A stretch of 64,000 nucleotides of DNA from positions 33,604,001 to 33,668,000 of the forward strand of contig OX597817.1 of assembly GCA_951406725.2 (NCBI GenBank). Direction: 5' to 3'. Every line of letters begins with the position of its first letter. Position 1 is the stretch's first letter. This DNA comes from Octopus vulgaris. Its lineage: Eukaryota. The position numbers and the translations under genes are program-made. This document shows positions 1-12,751 of this stretch, piece by piece. Below the pieces are notes generated by a model. That model was not told where the DNA came from. It saw only the letters and a list, made by a program, of their open reading frames with translations, and ran no database searches.

Positions 1-289
1 ATACAATCTATAAACAAATTCGTACACAACCATTTGGAACTTCAAATAACTAGATGCAATTTTTACGTACGTAATAACCGAAACTGAATAAACGGATTTT
101 TTTCCCTGTGAGTAGACATATACTGACTTCTACACATCTTTTATTGAATGTGTAAAGGATAGTTCTTATTCACTTGAAAATGAGCAACAACAAAAATGCT
201 CCTAAGTTTAGCATTTGTGCTATCACAAAGTTCAAGACAATTTCTGCAACAAACAATTATCAAACAAACTCATTTAACACTCCCAATAA

Positions 290-940
290 ACATACATACA
301 TACATATATACATACATAACATACATACATACATACATACATACATACATAACATACATACATACTGTCTAAATATCAATCTTCAGAAATTAGGCTTCTC
401 AAAACTAGAAAGGAGAAAGCTAATTCGGAGACTACAGATCCAATCCATCACTGGAACTGCAAAAATCTCTAAAACTGTCCAGAAGTTTATCATTTAAACG
501 TATATGAGCATGTCTAGATATGTAACTATATGCATGAGAATACATACATACATACATACATACATACATACATACGTACGTACGTACGTACACGTACATA
601 CGTATGTATGTATTCTCATGCATATAGTTACATATCTAGACATGCTGGAAAGTTTTAGAGATTTTTGCAGTTCCAGTGATGGATTGGATCTGTAGTCTCC
701 GAATTAGCTATGTATGTATGTACGTACGTACGTACGTACGTACGTACGTACATACATACATACATACATACATACATACATACATACATACATACATACA
801 TACATACATACATACATACATACATACATACATACATACATACATACATACATACATACATACATACATACATACATACATACATACATACATACATACA
901 TACATACATACATACATACATACATACATACATACATACA
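290..940. repeat. (ATAC)n/(GTAC)n microsatellite field in three tracts (290-365, 541-612, 709-940)
   Basis: Directly visible tetranucleotide repeats; they explain the YIHT/MYVC pseudo-ORFs. Confidence 0.97.
366..542 (+). mobile_element. 3' end of an R4/Dong-like (RLE) non-LTR retrotransposon ending in (ATAC)n
   Basis: Translates as CLNINLQKLGFSKLERRKLIRRLQIQSITGTAKISKTVQKFII*, resembling the Q...L/TGTA.I...L C-terminus of R4/Dong ORFs; short 3' UTR runs into the microsatellite. Confidence 0.6.
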
Positions 941-954
941 TGGTGCATGTGCAC

Positions 955-1470
955 TAAGTTCTAACTTCAGCTGTTTACAGCGGTGTTTCGAAGTAACGTG
1001 TGATCGTTGCATTGACCATGACAAGGAAAGTTGTCATGGCGATACCTGCTCAGAGGCCTACGCAAAGTTGCAGAAAGTGTATGGAGAGGAGTATATGAGC
1101 CACACACAAGTGTACGAGCGGTTCAGACGGTTCCAAGATGGACGAAAAATGTCGATAGTGACTGACGTTCTGGAAGACCTGCAGCCAGCAGAGCTGAGAA
1201 AACATCGCAGATGTGCGTGAGGCTGTAAGGGAAAATCGTCGAATCACCATCCGCGATTTATCAGATGTGTAAACTAGTTACGGTTCAGTTCAGTCCATTA
1301 CCAATAAAGATTTGGGTACGAGATGCGTGTCTGCTAAGTTTGTGCCAAAACTACTTTCAACTTACCAAAAAGATACTCGGGTTTCAGTTGCACAAAATCT
1401 CCTTGATCGTGTCAAAAACGATGAAACCTTTTCAAAAATGTGTGTAGGCCTCTGAGCTGTCCGGATACTT
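955..1470 (+). mobile_element. Degenerate mariner transposase, N-terminal fragment
   Basis: AYAKLQKVYGEEYMSHTQVYERFRRFQDGR (mariner HTH), ENRRITIRDLS and VSAKFVPKLL (WVPHEL-equivalent) in shifting frames. Confidence 0.85.
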
Positions 1471-1493
1471 ATTGATCATACCATGTACATACA

Positions 1494-1592
1494 TGTGTGT
1501 GCGTGCGTGCGTGCGTGCGTGTTTGCGTGTGCGTGTGCTCGTTTGCGTGTGCGTGTGCTCATTTGCGAGTGCTTGTTTGCGTGTGTGTGTGT
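1494..1592. repeat. (GCGT)n/(GT)n compound microsatellite
   Basis: Directly visible. Confidence 0.9.
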
Positions 1593-1926
1593 TTAATCAC
1601 AATAATGTTTACACAAACACTAATGAGCAGCAATTATGTGCTTTTCTCAGCTTCTAAAACACAGGAACTTGTCTACAATAATTCTCTTGACTAAGATCTA
1701 AAATTTAAGACCAAAATGTCATATAGATCACTACACAGTTGCAATTACATCATACATCTTAATACAACGAAACAATGGAAAATTCAATACGGAAATTGGA
1801 CAAACCAACTCAAACCTAAAATCTGTTCATATTACTTTGAAGAACAAGGTAGTGATTTTTTAAAACCTCTCTTGAATCTATTTATAGACTGCTTCAGTGA
1901 AGTTTGCTGGCATTAAGTGTCACAAA

Positions 1927-2413
1927 AGGTAAAGTTACCTTCTCGGGTTATGCCGACTCACAAGGGCCGGTTTCCCAATTTCATGGTGCATATGTAAACC
2001 TCACCTGGACGTGATGCCGGTCCGTTGCAGGCTTACTCATTTTTGCCATCTGAGTGGACTGGAGTAATGAGAAATGAAGTATTTTGCTCAAGAACACAAT
2101 GCGTTGCCTGGTCCAGGAATCGAAAAAAAAAAGGCGGCGAGCTGGCAGAAACGTTAGCACGCCGGGCGAAATGCGTAGCCGTATTTCGTCTACCGTTACG
2201 TTCTGAGTTCAAATTCCGCCGAGGTCGACTTTGCCTTTCATCCTTTCGGGGTCGATAAATTAAGTACCAGTTACGCACTGGGGTCGATATAATCGACTTA
2301 ATCCGTTTGTCCCCTCTATGTTTAGCCCCTTGTGGGTAGTAAAGAAATAGAATCGAAACCACAGTCTTATGATCATGAGTCCAACACCCTAACCACTTAG
2401 CCACGCACCTCCA
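1927..2413 (-). mobile_element. tRNA-derived SINE family C, interrupted by a SINE-B
   Basis: Reverse complement begins tggaggtgcgtggctaagtggttagggtg...ggtttcgattcc (A/B boxes) and matches the copies at 31185 and 37233. Confidence 0.88.
2126..2349 (+). mobile_element. SINE family B, nested, with 9-bp TSD gaatcgaaa
   Basis: Head aggcggcgagctggcagaa...gagttcaaattcc, core gcctttcatcctttcggggtcgataaa, tail gtaaagaaata; TSD at 2117-2125 and 2350-2358. Confidence 0.93.
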
Positions 2414-2415
2414 CT

Positions 2416-2990
2416 ATGAGGACGAATATAGCGAAGACTTCAAACAGGATATTGTAAACGATGTTGTAAACAGGATATTGTAAACAGGTGAAGGAAACAT
2501 GTTAAGGCAGTAAGTGTTACTGCCTTAACATGTTTCCTTCACCTGTTTACAATATCCTGTTGGAAGTCTTCGCTATATTCGTCCTCATTGTTTTCCGTTT
2601 TATAGCTCTAGTTAATGCATCTAGAGCATAACGGACAGAAATCGGAAGACATCAAAAACAGTAAATTATTATCTGAATGTTTGACACACTGAAGTAGTGT
2701 CACCGAACAACTGCATCACTTTCTGAAAACGTTTAATAGTATATATTTTGTGGTGTCTATTTGTGAGTGCAGTTTGATGATGTTTCCGTAGAAGTTTTAG
2801 GCATATCAAGCAGCTCGGTTTAACACTACCTGTCCATCTGTGCTAGTCCTCTTTACTGTATTTGTCAACCTCGCCCTTGTTTATGTCTGTTCTAGAACGT
2901 CAACACACAATTCCGTTACCATCCAGATTTTCTCTTGCGGATATCGATTTACAAACGTTGAAACTAAACATCAACCATATCAGTCACAGA
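2416..2990 (-). mobile_element. Degraded Penelope-like element (RT thumb plus GIY-YIG remnant) with an inverted terminal duplication
   Basis: Minus strand reads DVLEQ...LTNTVKRTSTDGQVVLN...YGNIIKL (like PLE FLDV...TTVYRKPT..LN..GIIK.L) and IAKTS..L*TR.KEHVKAV (like YIGET..L.TR.KEH), with frameshifts; hairpin at 2416-2588. Confidence 0.5.
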
Positions 2991-3706
2991 TTCGGAAAGC
3001 CTGAGAATATCATGAACATTTTCTTTCCTCTAGACTAAGTCATTAAAAAACTGTAAGAGGTAATGATTTCCATTGCAATATATTTACTGTTATACAGCTT
3101 TAACATCATAAGCTTAAGCTAGAACCCTTATAATTGGTTACCAGTACTAAGAAAGACTTCGTGATATACAAAATATACCATTTAATTGGCAGATATCCAC
3201 CAGCTTTATATAAAAAGATAGTAAATTGCTATGAGTAGAATCCAATTACAAAACTGCAATAATTGGATTCCATGTTATTCACAGACAACAAAGAAAAATG
3301 TTGCATATGTTACATTAGTCATAAAAAAAGACAAAATAACTATATTCCATTTACAAAAAAAGTAGCAAGATTTAAGACTGAAGTATTATATTATGGACGT
3401 GAAAAAAAACCATAGGAATGGATAAATCAATAGAAAAGTAGAGGAAAATAGAGCGAAAGAAAAAGTATCATCAAGCAGTGAGAAACGAATGGATAGGCAA
3501 TTCCATGGGAATCCTAAAATTGCAACAACCTACTGCTTAAAAGAAGAAAAAAACTATGCAGAATATTGTCCTTGATACACAAACTGGAAAAAGAAGACGG
3601 TATTAAATTCGCTTAAAGACGTTTGATTATAGGTGTACTCGATCAGAAATGACCAGGTCTAAACAACATGACAGCGACATATCCATCAGCTGTTATTAGT
3701 TGGTCA

Positions 3707-4219
3707 TCTATATATATAAAACTGTAGTTGTGTGAGTGTCTGTCCCCTTCGATTTAGATTCCTAACTACTCCCACATTTTGCGGTGCAGTTTAACCAAAT
3801 TCGGGTATCTTATAGTCGTGATTCATATCGAGCCCGTCTGAGTATTAGCGCGCGTCTACGATGAGTCTACGATTTTTAAAATAATTTAACATCATTTTTT
3901 ATTCCATTTTAATGCATAATTTTTCGTGTGTCGATGGCGGCGGAGTTGGCGTCCATGGTCACACCCGCACCTGTTTGCTTCTCCCCCTTCTTCCTTCCCT
4001 CGTGAAGCTGTGGGGAAGGGAGTGTAAGGAAATCAACGTCGTAAAGCGTTGTCAAGGAGACCAGCGTTCTTTTAGAACAACGACTTCATGGCTTGAAGAC
4101 ACCAAAACAGAAATGGCTAAGAAAGCTCGAATTGGCATCTATAAGGGAAGTAACTCTCTAAAAATGCTTATATAGTTATTTCCCTTACAAACCCGAGCAA
4201 CACCGGGCGATACTGCTAG
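3707..4219 (+). mobile_element. Non-autonomous Helitron
   Basis: 5' A|TCTATATATATAAAA; subterminal hairpin cccgagcaacaccggg; 3' CTAG|T; no TSD. Confidence 0.88.
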
Positions 4220-4969
4220 TTAGATATAAAAATATGTACGATTGATATAACATAGGACTAATTAGTCCATATTCTATATTACCAAACTATCATCTCAATA
4301 TAATGTAAACGGTAGCTAAATGTCGAATATATGGAGAATTAAATAAATAGGAGCCTCTCTTACATCCTGACCAGTGATGTATATGACATGATATGTACAA
4401 ACAAAACATGAACAGCTGGATATTTTTACTGGTAAATTCTCCAGCAATATAAAATACAACAGAAAAATGGAACCGACATAATTATGCAAGTACGAAAATG
4501 GATAGAGTAACATGTACAGGACAAGGAAAGGTGACACTGAAATATTGAAGAAATATTCATTCATTTTATTTGCGCAAATAATTAAGAGAATATATATATA
4601 AATTCATATACAATCTTAAAAAAATATTTTTAAGGTGTGGAAAATGAAAACGATGCGATTCTCTGGGATATGCAGACACATACAGACAGAAGTACAACAG
4701 GGAACCAACTAGTCATCACTATCCAGGATTTTGTACACTAATCCATGTGATTTACCTAAATAACAATAAAGTCTATGTAAAGAAGGTTGATATATTTTCC
4801 GTGGCGAGTAAGATAGAAAGAATCTGGAATATGGACATAAAAATGCTATCAATTATTTATAATCAATTTGTTGGAATCTGTGAAGCAGATAAGGGGTAGT
4901 GTCGGAGAACTGCTACTTGAGAAATTCAGAAAATAAAGCTACAATGAAGCGCCTGTATATTTAGTAATA

Positions 4970-5348
4970 TCTATTATATAAAATCCGTTCTGTCTGTATG
5001 TGTGTGTCTTCTAGGATCTCGGGCATCCTCCATCCGATTGTGCTCAAATTTGATATGTAGATACCGACGGTATCAGGGCGTGTATAAGTCTTGAAAAAAA
5101 TTACAAAAATCGATTGCAGGTGAGAATGCGATCGAATGGGAACGTGCATTTGTAAAATCGTTTTTCTTGGAATAGAAAAAAAGTCTATCATTATTTCTTC
5201 TTTTGCTGGTGTCTCAAATTTAGGTTAAATCAGTGTTTCTCAAAGGGGAGGTCTATGGGACGGTCGGACAAGTTGTTTTGAGAAAATGTGTTTTAAATGT
5301 TTGACAACTCAGCACCGTCCATTGGACGGGGTGGGGGCGTTTTGCTCG
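4970..5348 (+). mobile_element. Non-autonomous Helitron, second family
   Basis: 5' A|TCTATTATATAAAA; hairpin ccgtccattggacgg followed by CTCG|T (a degenerate CTAG). Confidence 0.7.
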
Positions 5349-5604
5349 TGCTACATATAAAATAAAAAGAAAGTTAATCACCAAATATATTTAAAGTTAC
5401 TGAATGGTTTCGGTGGTGTTGAGTAAGTATACCTTGAAAAGTGGAAATTAACCCTTCTAAAGTCGCAATCAATAAAGAAACAGGATGAGAATTTTAGAAT
5501 TAGACTGAACACAAACTTACAAAGACCTAGGATATTAATTAATAGAAATATATACAACGCACATAAATAAAAGAGATTAGAACTGAATTCTATACAAACA
5601 TTAG

Positions 5605-6005
5605 GCGCAGGAGTGGCTGTGTGGTAAGTAGCTTGTTTACCAACCACATGGTTCCGGGTTCAGTCCTACTGCGTGGTACCTTGGGCAAGTGTCTTCTACT
5701 ATAGCCTCGGGCCGACCAAAGCCTTGTGAGGGGATTTGGTAGGCGGAAACTGAAAGACGCTCGTCGTATATATGTATATATATATGTGTGTGTGTATGTG
5801 TGTGTGTGTATCTGTGTTTGTCCCCCTAGCACTGCTTGACAACCGATGCTGGTGTGTTTATGTCCCCGTTCCTTAGCGGTTCGGCAAAAGAGACCGATAG
5901 AATAAGTACTGGGCTTACAAAGAATAAGTGCCAGGGTCGAGTTGCTCGATTAAAAGCGGTGCTCCAGCATGGCCGCAGTCAAATGACTGAAACAAGTAAA
6001 AGAGT
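5605..6005 (+). mobile_element. SINE family A (tRNA head, internal (TA)(TG) tract, CR1-like tail), TSD aaacattag
   Basis: gcgcaggagtggctgtgtggtaag...ggttcagtcc head; TSD at 5596-5604 and 6006-6014; multiple copies in the window. Confidence 0.93.
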
Positions 6006-7139
6006 AAACATTAGCTCAATATTTAAAACTGAGCAACAAATAAAAGTGTAATGTACGAATACTGTAGCTGTTCCACTAATGCTTTACAATATAAGGAGAC
6101 GCTAATCGAACCAACAAGATTCGACAGAAGAAAACATGGATGCAACTACAATACACTACTTCAGCTTCCTTATCTCTTGTTCACTGAATCTGTCTGTGTT
6201 GGACACAGACCAGTTCATTTAAGTTAATAATTTGGATACTGAATGGCAATAGATCCTTACACGGCCAATACCTAACAAAACTGAACAAAGCAGAAGTGAT
6301 TAAAGAGAAGTCATTCAGCTAGAAGGATATTTGGTCAGGATACAAAGACCCAAGCGCTCTCATGAGACACTACCAAAAACATTTAATAAACCAGAATACA
6401 ATACGTGGGTGCAGGATATGTAGAAAATGTACATGCAATTATAGTAAAAAGTATAGCAGGGTTGAACCTGTCATACACTGGAAATTATACCAGCATTTTG
6501 AAGCAACCATAGAAAGCGAGAAAGCGTGCAAACATGAGATATACCAAAATAACATAGACGGAGACATTTTAGGCAAATCGACCAGATAATATTTTGTCAA
6601 AGATAAATAGGAAAAAGAATCTCATTTAATCGATTTATTAATTTCAACAGAAAACAGTTTATATTTATTCTAACAGATGAAACTATTTGGAATTTTTTTG
6701 TATCTATTTCTAAAAAAAAATAAAATGGAAAAACTAACCAAATGTAATGATTTCGAAAAAGAAAGATCGACAATATGGGGAATGAAAACAAGCAATTTCT
6801 ATAATAATAGGTGCCTCTGGAATGATTGATAAAGATGAAAGCAAATATATAACTTAAACCTAAGGTCTTACACATATATACGCAACATTCATCAAGTAGT
6901 ACTTAATAGGTATGGAGCACTTGTGTACAATAATTTCAATTCGATAGCGATAAAAATTGTACATACCCAAGGCATACAGAAAAATGCAGTTGTACAGTGG
7001 AATTAAGCTATAAAAATGCTACTACGTTCTATATTTTAACTCATTACTTCTTTGTATAAGCAACATCATCTCTATGAACGTCAGATATGTACCGACATAG
7101 TGAACGTATGTATCGTAATTTGAATTTCCTATTGTATAG

Positions 7140-7427
7140 TTTGTTCCTTCTCGAGCCACGCCTGGCTCATTAGGGCCGGTTTCCCGGTTTCCTTGCCGTA
7201 TAGGTTCCCCACCTGGTCCGTCGCAGTTGAGCTGCAAGATGCAGAAGGAAAGAATGAGAGAAAGTTGTGGCAAAAGAGTCAGCAGAAGTTTGCCATTACC
7301 TTCTGCCGGAGCCGCGTGGAGCTTCGGTGTTTCGCTCATATACACTCACATCGCCCGGTCTGAGATTCGAACTCGCGATCCCTCGACCGCGAGTTCGCTG
7401 CTCTAACCACTGGGCCATGTGCTCCAC
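7140..7427 (-). mobile_element. SINE family C, TSD tcctattgtat
   Basis: tRNA-like head on the minus strand; matches the 31892 copy; flanking duplication visible. Confidence 0.92.
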
Positions 7428-9531
7428 TCCTATTGTATGAATATATCGTAAATGTTTTTGTTTCTGAATATAGTATAGTACGTTGGATAAGCAGATAAGT
7501 TAGTTCCTTGCTTTAGTTGCTTCGGTTGATTATGTTCTCAGTTCAAATACCTTTGCTATTTACCTTTCCAGTACCAATAAAATAAAGCGTCATTCAATTA
7601 CTTGGGTCAGTTTAAATGGTTGGGGATCTTTGTCATGGACTAACACGGACTATTAGATCCGAAATTCCCAACCCAACAGTAAGGATCTGGTAATAAGTGA
7701 AATTACTCACTAGTTGGAGTACTCATGTCATGTCAATATTATCCATCCTTAACAGCCTATATTACTCACAACACAACATACACATCCAATCACTCACTCC
7801 CGCATACTCTCTCTCTATATATATAAAAAGATAAAGCAGACAGCCTTACAAAAAGAATAAATGCAAAGAGATTTCTATATCCTTTATGACATCATATTCT
7901 TTCTTGTCACTTTCTCTTCCCACTAAAGAATCAATCACCATTATAATAAGGATAAATGCAAAATAAGAAGATTTCTATATTATGACGTCATATTCTCTTG
8001 TCATCTCTCTCTCTCTCCTCCCCCTTTCCCTTTCTGAACAGCAGTTTTCAAATCAAGTTAGATTTCTTCTTTACTTCTGTGTCCATTAATAGTTTTACAT
8101 TCATCTTAAACTTTATTTTGATGAATTAAATCATTCTGAGATATTTCCTGAGCCACTCATTATTTAATTCTATTGGCATAATGACTCTCCCAAGACACAC
8201 CCATTATTTAATTTATAGTATATTGCCTTAATCCAGCTTACATACACACAGTCACGCATACATGCGACCAAATGAGCAACTGTCTTTAGTGGAACAGTCA
8301 TAGAAATATCGAGATGCCCCGCGAGGAAACTTCTGATAAGTATTTCACATATACCACATAAAGAGGTGGTATATTTATGTGGTATATTTATAATCCATTC
8401 TTCTCGCTGGTTTGATTCACATAGACGTAATAGCACCGACTACCTGTTGAGTCGTTGTGCACTCTCGCTTGGATGATCTGAGATTTTACTGCCTAGGCTT
8501 ACGTTAGTATAGCTACTATGTAACTTCTATTGTATATTTAATTGAAAATTCGGTTTTCAATTATTTTTTGAGGTCAGTGGAAATGTGTCTTGGCCAGGTC
8601 GCAGTTGTGCGACAAAATTTTGGCGCCAAGAAATAGAAAGCTTAGTCAACGGACTTTGTATGTTTTCAATTGGCTTAAATGGTTCTTCCATGATGTTATC
8701 GCTTCAGACTAAATACACGGTCTGAGATCAAATCATTTGCGAAAGTACGCTTCAGTAATATTGTTTCTAGGCAATATATAATGACCACTTCGTTCCTTTG
8801 TCCATTCATGACCAATTTTTATACCAACCCCTCAAGATGTCAACAATTTAAATATATTGTGAAGCTTAATGAGTATTTGCTTTTAGTTCAATATCGGCTG
8901 ATGCGTTGAATAAGCATCGAAACATCTAGATGATTCTCCCAAAGTAACTTTGCGATAAATATTCCATTTTTCTTTATAGACCTATGTGTTTAAGTCACAA
9001 AGTTAAAGCTCTGATTAACTGTTTAGAAATATTTGCGTATGTATAAAATATTAGTTGTTAACTTATTGCTTTGTGGTTTCAAGTTTCATATTTATAGAAA
9101 AAAAATTTATTGAACTCATAAGATTGATATAAAACCCGTATATTACTCTGTTAATGTAAATGATTGCTATAAGCAAAGTTTTTATCTTATAAACAAGCTT
9201 GAAGTAATGAAGCAATTGAATTACTCTAACTTTAATAACAGATTAATATATAAATGCATGCTTACATGCACACACATGTAAATATATATATATATGCAAA
9301 AACAAATGTGTGCATTTACATATATGTGTATATTCATACAAACATACATAGAGTGACTTATTGTATTGACACTAGATAGACGAAATGCCGTTTAATTTGA
9401 AAATTCAACTTGTGCCAAACGAAGAACGGTGGTACTGGAGTTGCTATTAATATCATAAATTAATTTCCCCAACACTTTATATTTATCATCCGCATTCCCA
9501 GTGCAAATCGTTACCTATAATGAACAAATGT

Positions 9532-9701
9532 AGGCGCAGGAGTGGCTGTGTGGTAAGTAGCTTGCTTCCCAACCACATGGTTCCGGGTTCAGTCTCACTG
9601 CGTGGCACCTTCGGCAAGTGTCTTCTACTATAGCCTCTGGCCGACCAAAGCCTTGTGAGTGGATTTGATAAACGGAAACTGAAAGAAGCCCGTTGTATAT
9701 C

Positions 9702-9784
<83 letters not shown>

Positions 9785-9969
9785 TGTGTTTGTCCCCCCA
9801 ACATCGCTTCACAACTGATGCTGGTGTGTTTACGTCCCCGTTACTTAGCGGTTCGGCAAAAGAGACCGATAGAATAAGTACTAGGCTTACAAAGAATAAG
9901 TCGATTTGCTCGACTAAAGGCGGTGCTCCAGCATGACCACAGTCAAATGACTGGAACAAGTAAAGGAGT
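9532..9969 (+). mobile_element. SINE family A
   Basis: Near-identical to 5605 and 30388; short TSD aaatgt. Confidence 0.93.
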
Positions 9970-10619
9970 AAATGTGTTACAGCCGGGAAGTTAGATAGGA
10001 GCGATGGTACCCACACTTTAGGATATGTCTTAACAAGAAGTAAATCAGGACTGTTTGTGTTCTCTAAGATGGGTTAAGACAAGAATTTACGTCTAACTCC
10101 TCTTTCCATCAATCCTGTTATCATCACTCAGAGATGTCATACTGTATTTATCAGTGTGTGTGTGTGTGTGCGAGAGAGAGATGTGAAAAACATTGCTAGT
10201 GAAAAACACTAAGTACCTCAACCAGTCAGATAACTTTTCTAACTGGAGAATTATGAAAAGCAAGGAGGCCTCTAAATGGTCATTCACTCTGCTAGAAATG
10301 GCAAGCACTCCCTTGTTTTAAAACATTAGATAATATATCATTACACTTCGTTGGACACCGATAGTGTAGTCATAAAGGTCTATAGAAAGACAGAGTGGTC
10401 ACGGTTGAAACACCATTGTTCACAAGTCCGCTTGATCGGAGCTGAGCTGAATTCAAACAACAATAACAACAATAGTAACAACGACAACAACATCCACAAG
10501 GGAATCAAACTTCGAAATACATAAACGAGGCTTGGACACCAGCCACAAGATACTTTTACATTTCTGTAGAAGATAAACATTTCATGGAAAGTAACACTAA
10601 ACAGCTACAATATATTCTA

Positions 10620-10820
10620 GTTGAAATTTATAGGAAAACAAAAGACAAAGACAAGTGTATGAATAGCAAACAAGTGTATTAGTTTGACACTAGGGAAAAA
10701 TAAAAAAAAAGTATTTTACGCTTCGAGCCTACGCTCTTCAACAGAAAGGAATAAGAGAAAATAAACAGAGAGAAAATGAAAACAAAAACGTGTAGAGTTC
10801 AGTGGTCCAACATGGCGATC
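10620..10820 (-). mobile_element. Probable Penelope-like terminus with a degenerate minimal hammerhead-like motif
   Basis: Minus strand ctgttgaa-gagc-gtag-gctc-gaagcgtaa resembles PLE minimal motifs (CUGANGA-stem-GAAACGU), but the core has substitutions. Confidence 0.4.
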
Positions 10821-11259
10821 AATATATTTTACAAAATACTTTACAATATATTTTATACACAAGGTTTAATTGGTGACTAATATTATTCATGTCATTGATA
10901 AGTTAGACAGATAACTCAAGATACTTAATTTTGAGACTTCAGCGAAGTATAACGGAGCTTTATCGTTAATTGTTGAAGTAATAACCAAGCAATACGCTAA
11001 AAAAAATCCTTTAAATTTAATCATTTTTTCGTTGGACGCCACATCGGTCTGTCTACGTCTAACTTGTTCTTACGTTTCTCTGTTATTTTGTGCTCGATGA
11101 TAGAATGTTACTAACCTAGCCACACCGCTTGATCCTCCCCCTCCTCCACCATTTCTCGAAATAAAGATAATCTGTGAGTGGTTCCATCACGGTTCTCTCA
11201 TAACGCAGATTTGCCGATTCTGTAAGAGAGAGAGAGAGAGAAGCGGAGGAGAAACTGAC

Positions 11260-11412
11260 TCACTATATGAGTGGTATTCTATTTATCGATCCCTTCAAAT
11301 AACAGGAAAATGTGACCGCGATTAGATTTGGACTTCAGAAAGCAAACGGCCAGAATAATTTACCGCAACGCTTTTGTACACATCTCTAACGATTCTGCCA
11401 GTCATTCGCCTT
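11260..11412 (-). mobile_element. Old, diverged SINE-B relative
   Basis: tggtattctatttatcgatccc...ctaacgattctgccag..tcgcc matches the SINE-B reverse complement. Confidence 0.6.
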
Positions 11413-11629
11413 CCTCGCTACGGACGTTTACCAAATCGCACATTTGTTGGTGCGGAGGGCAGAGAAATACTGACTGATTAAATTGCAAGACGTCTAACAC
11501 AAATTTATAATCAGTGTTTCTATTGTTCTACATCAACAAATACATCATTTAGAATATTTATTTAATGAGTTCTTCCATAATACTAATAAATCATTCGGTC
11601 CTGAAGTGTAATCATCTATCCTGGCGCAT

Positions 11630-12715
11630 TATTTTGCTTCCATAGTTACATACAATGTTGTTCAAGACGGTCGTTTCCACGTACAGCTGTTATGTTCGTC
11701 AACAACATCGTTAACAGCTGATATGACGTCATCAATAGTCAGATGGGACCAAATCGGGAGAAAAGGGAGTGTGATCAACCCGTTCAAAGCCACAGTCACG
11801 CACAGCAACCATTAATACCAAAGACTTGTATGCTGGAGCATTGCCTTGATGAAACCATATCCCTTTCGCCAGTTTTCCTCGGTGTTTGGTTTTTGGTAGG
11901 CTTTTGTAACTGCCTGGTCCGTTTGAATATAGTCGATAAACACAATACCTTTTGTATCTCCAAAACTAGGCCATCACCTTCCTTGCAGATGAAACGACCT
12001 TCAATGTTTCCAATGCATGGATTACCTCTTTGTCGCTGGCTCAAAGTGATGAATCCAACTCTCATTCTGGCTTAGGAAACATTCAAGGAAACCAGCAGGA
12101 TCTGCTTCAAACAATGTCAGACTTTCCGGTAATGTCATCAGCCTAGTACGCTTTCAATCAGGTGTTAGAAGTCGTGGCACCCACCAAGCAGAAACCTTCG
12201 TCATGCCAAGTTCATTGTGCAGAATATTCTCAACTCTCTCACAGAATATGCTAATAATATTGGCTATTTGATTTATGGTCAATCGTGTGTCATCCATCAT
12301 TATGTGGTGAACACGATCAATGTTTTCTTCGGTGGTGGAAGTTGCAGGACTTCCAGATTTGGGGTCAACTTCAAGAATCTCCTCACCCCTAAGTTCAGCT
12401 GTCCACTTTTGCGTTGTTAATACAGCTGGAGCGCCATCCCCTAACGTGGCAACTATGTCAGCATGAATGTCTTTGGGGGCTAACCCCTTTTTCTGCAGGT
12501 ATTTGGTAACACCACGGTGCCAAATTTTGACCATATTGAAGAGAAGTCGCGACTAGCTACTTTTGAAGTCTTCTGTGAACAATCAGATGTCCGTTATCCT
12601 GGAAAGAAACAATACAGTTATTAAAGAGAAGAGCTGAAATTAATGCAGGCAAGATTTCACAGCTCTAGCATCACTCCTTCATAGCCGACCTATGAACTCT
12701 TCAGCCTACCCTCGT
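11630..12715 (-). mobile_element. Mariner transposon, internally deleted and degenerate
   Basis: ORF 12154-12534 (...LHNELGMTKVSAWWVPRLLTPD); 5' TIR starts TACGAGGGTAGGCTGAAGAGTTC at 12715; later HQDNAP-like remnants on the minus strand. Confidence 0.9.
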
Positions 12716-12751
12716 ATATATGCATATACATATTATTTCATATACTCTCTC

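Larger units (their letters stand above)
4340..6930 (+). mobile_element. Heavily degraded R4/Dong-like LINE ORF, split by younger insertions
   Basis: 6320-6930 reads EGYLVRIQDPSALMRHYQKHLINQNTIRGCRIC...IHWKLYQHF...IIIGASGMI (zinc-knuckle/RLE region). 4360-4880 holds weak RT remnants (*PVMY..MYK, VQQG). The 5' extent is uncertain. Confidence 0.55.

Noticed and set aside
655-964. MYVC/YIHT repeat ORFs (also at 54016-54565 and 63191-63991)
   Set aside because: Microsatellite artefacts.
7808-8040. Helitron-like 5' start (TC...tatatataaaa) with an internal short duplication
   Set aside because: No 3' hairpin or CTRR end found.
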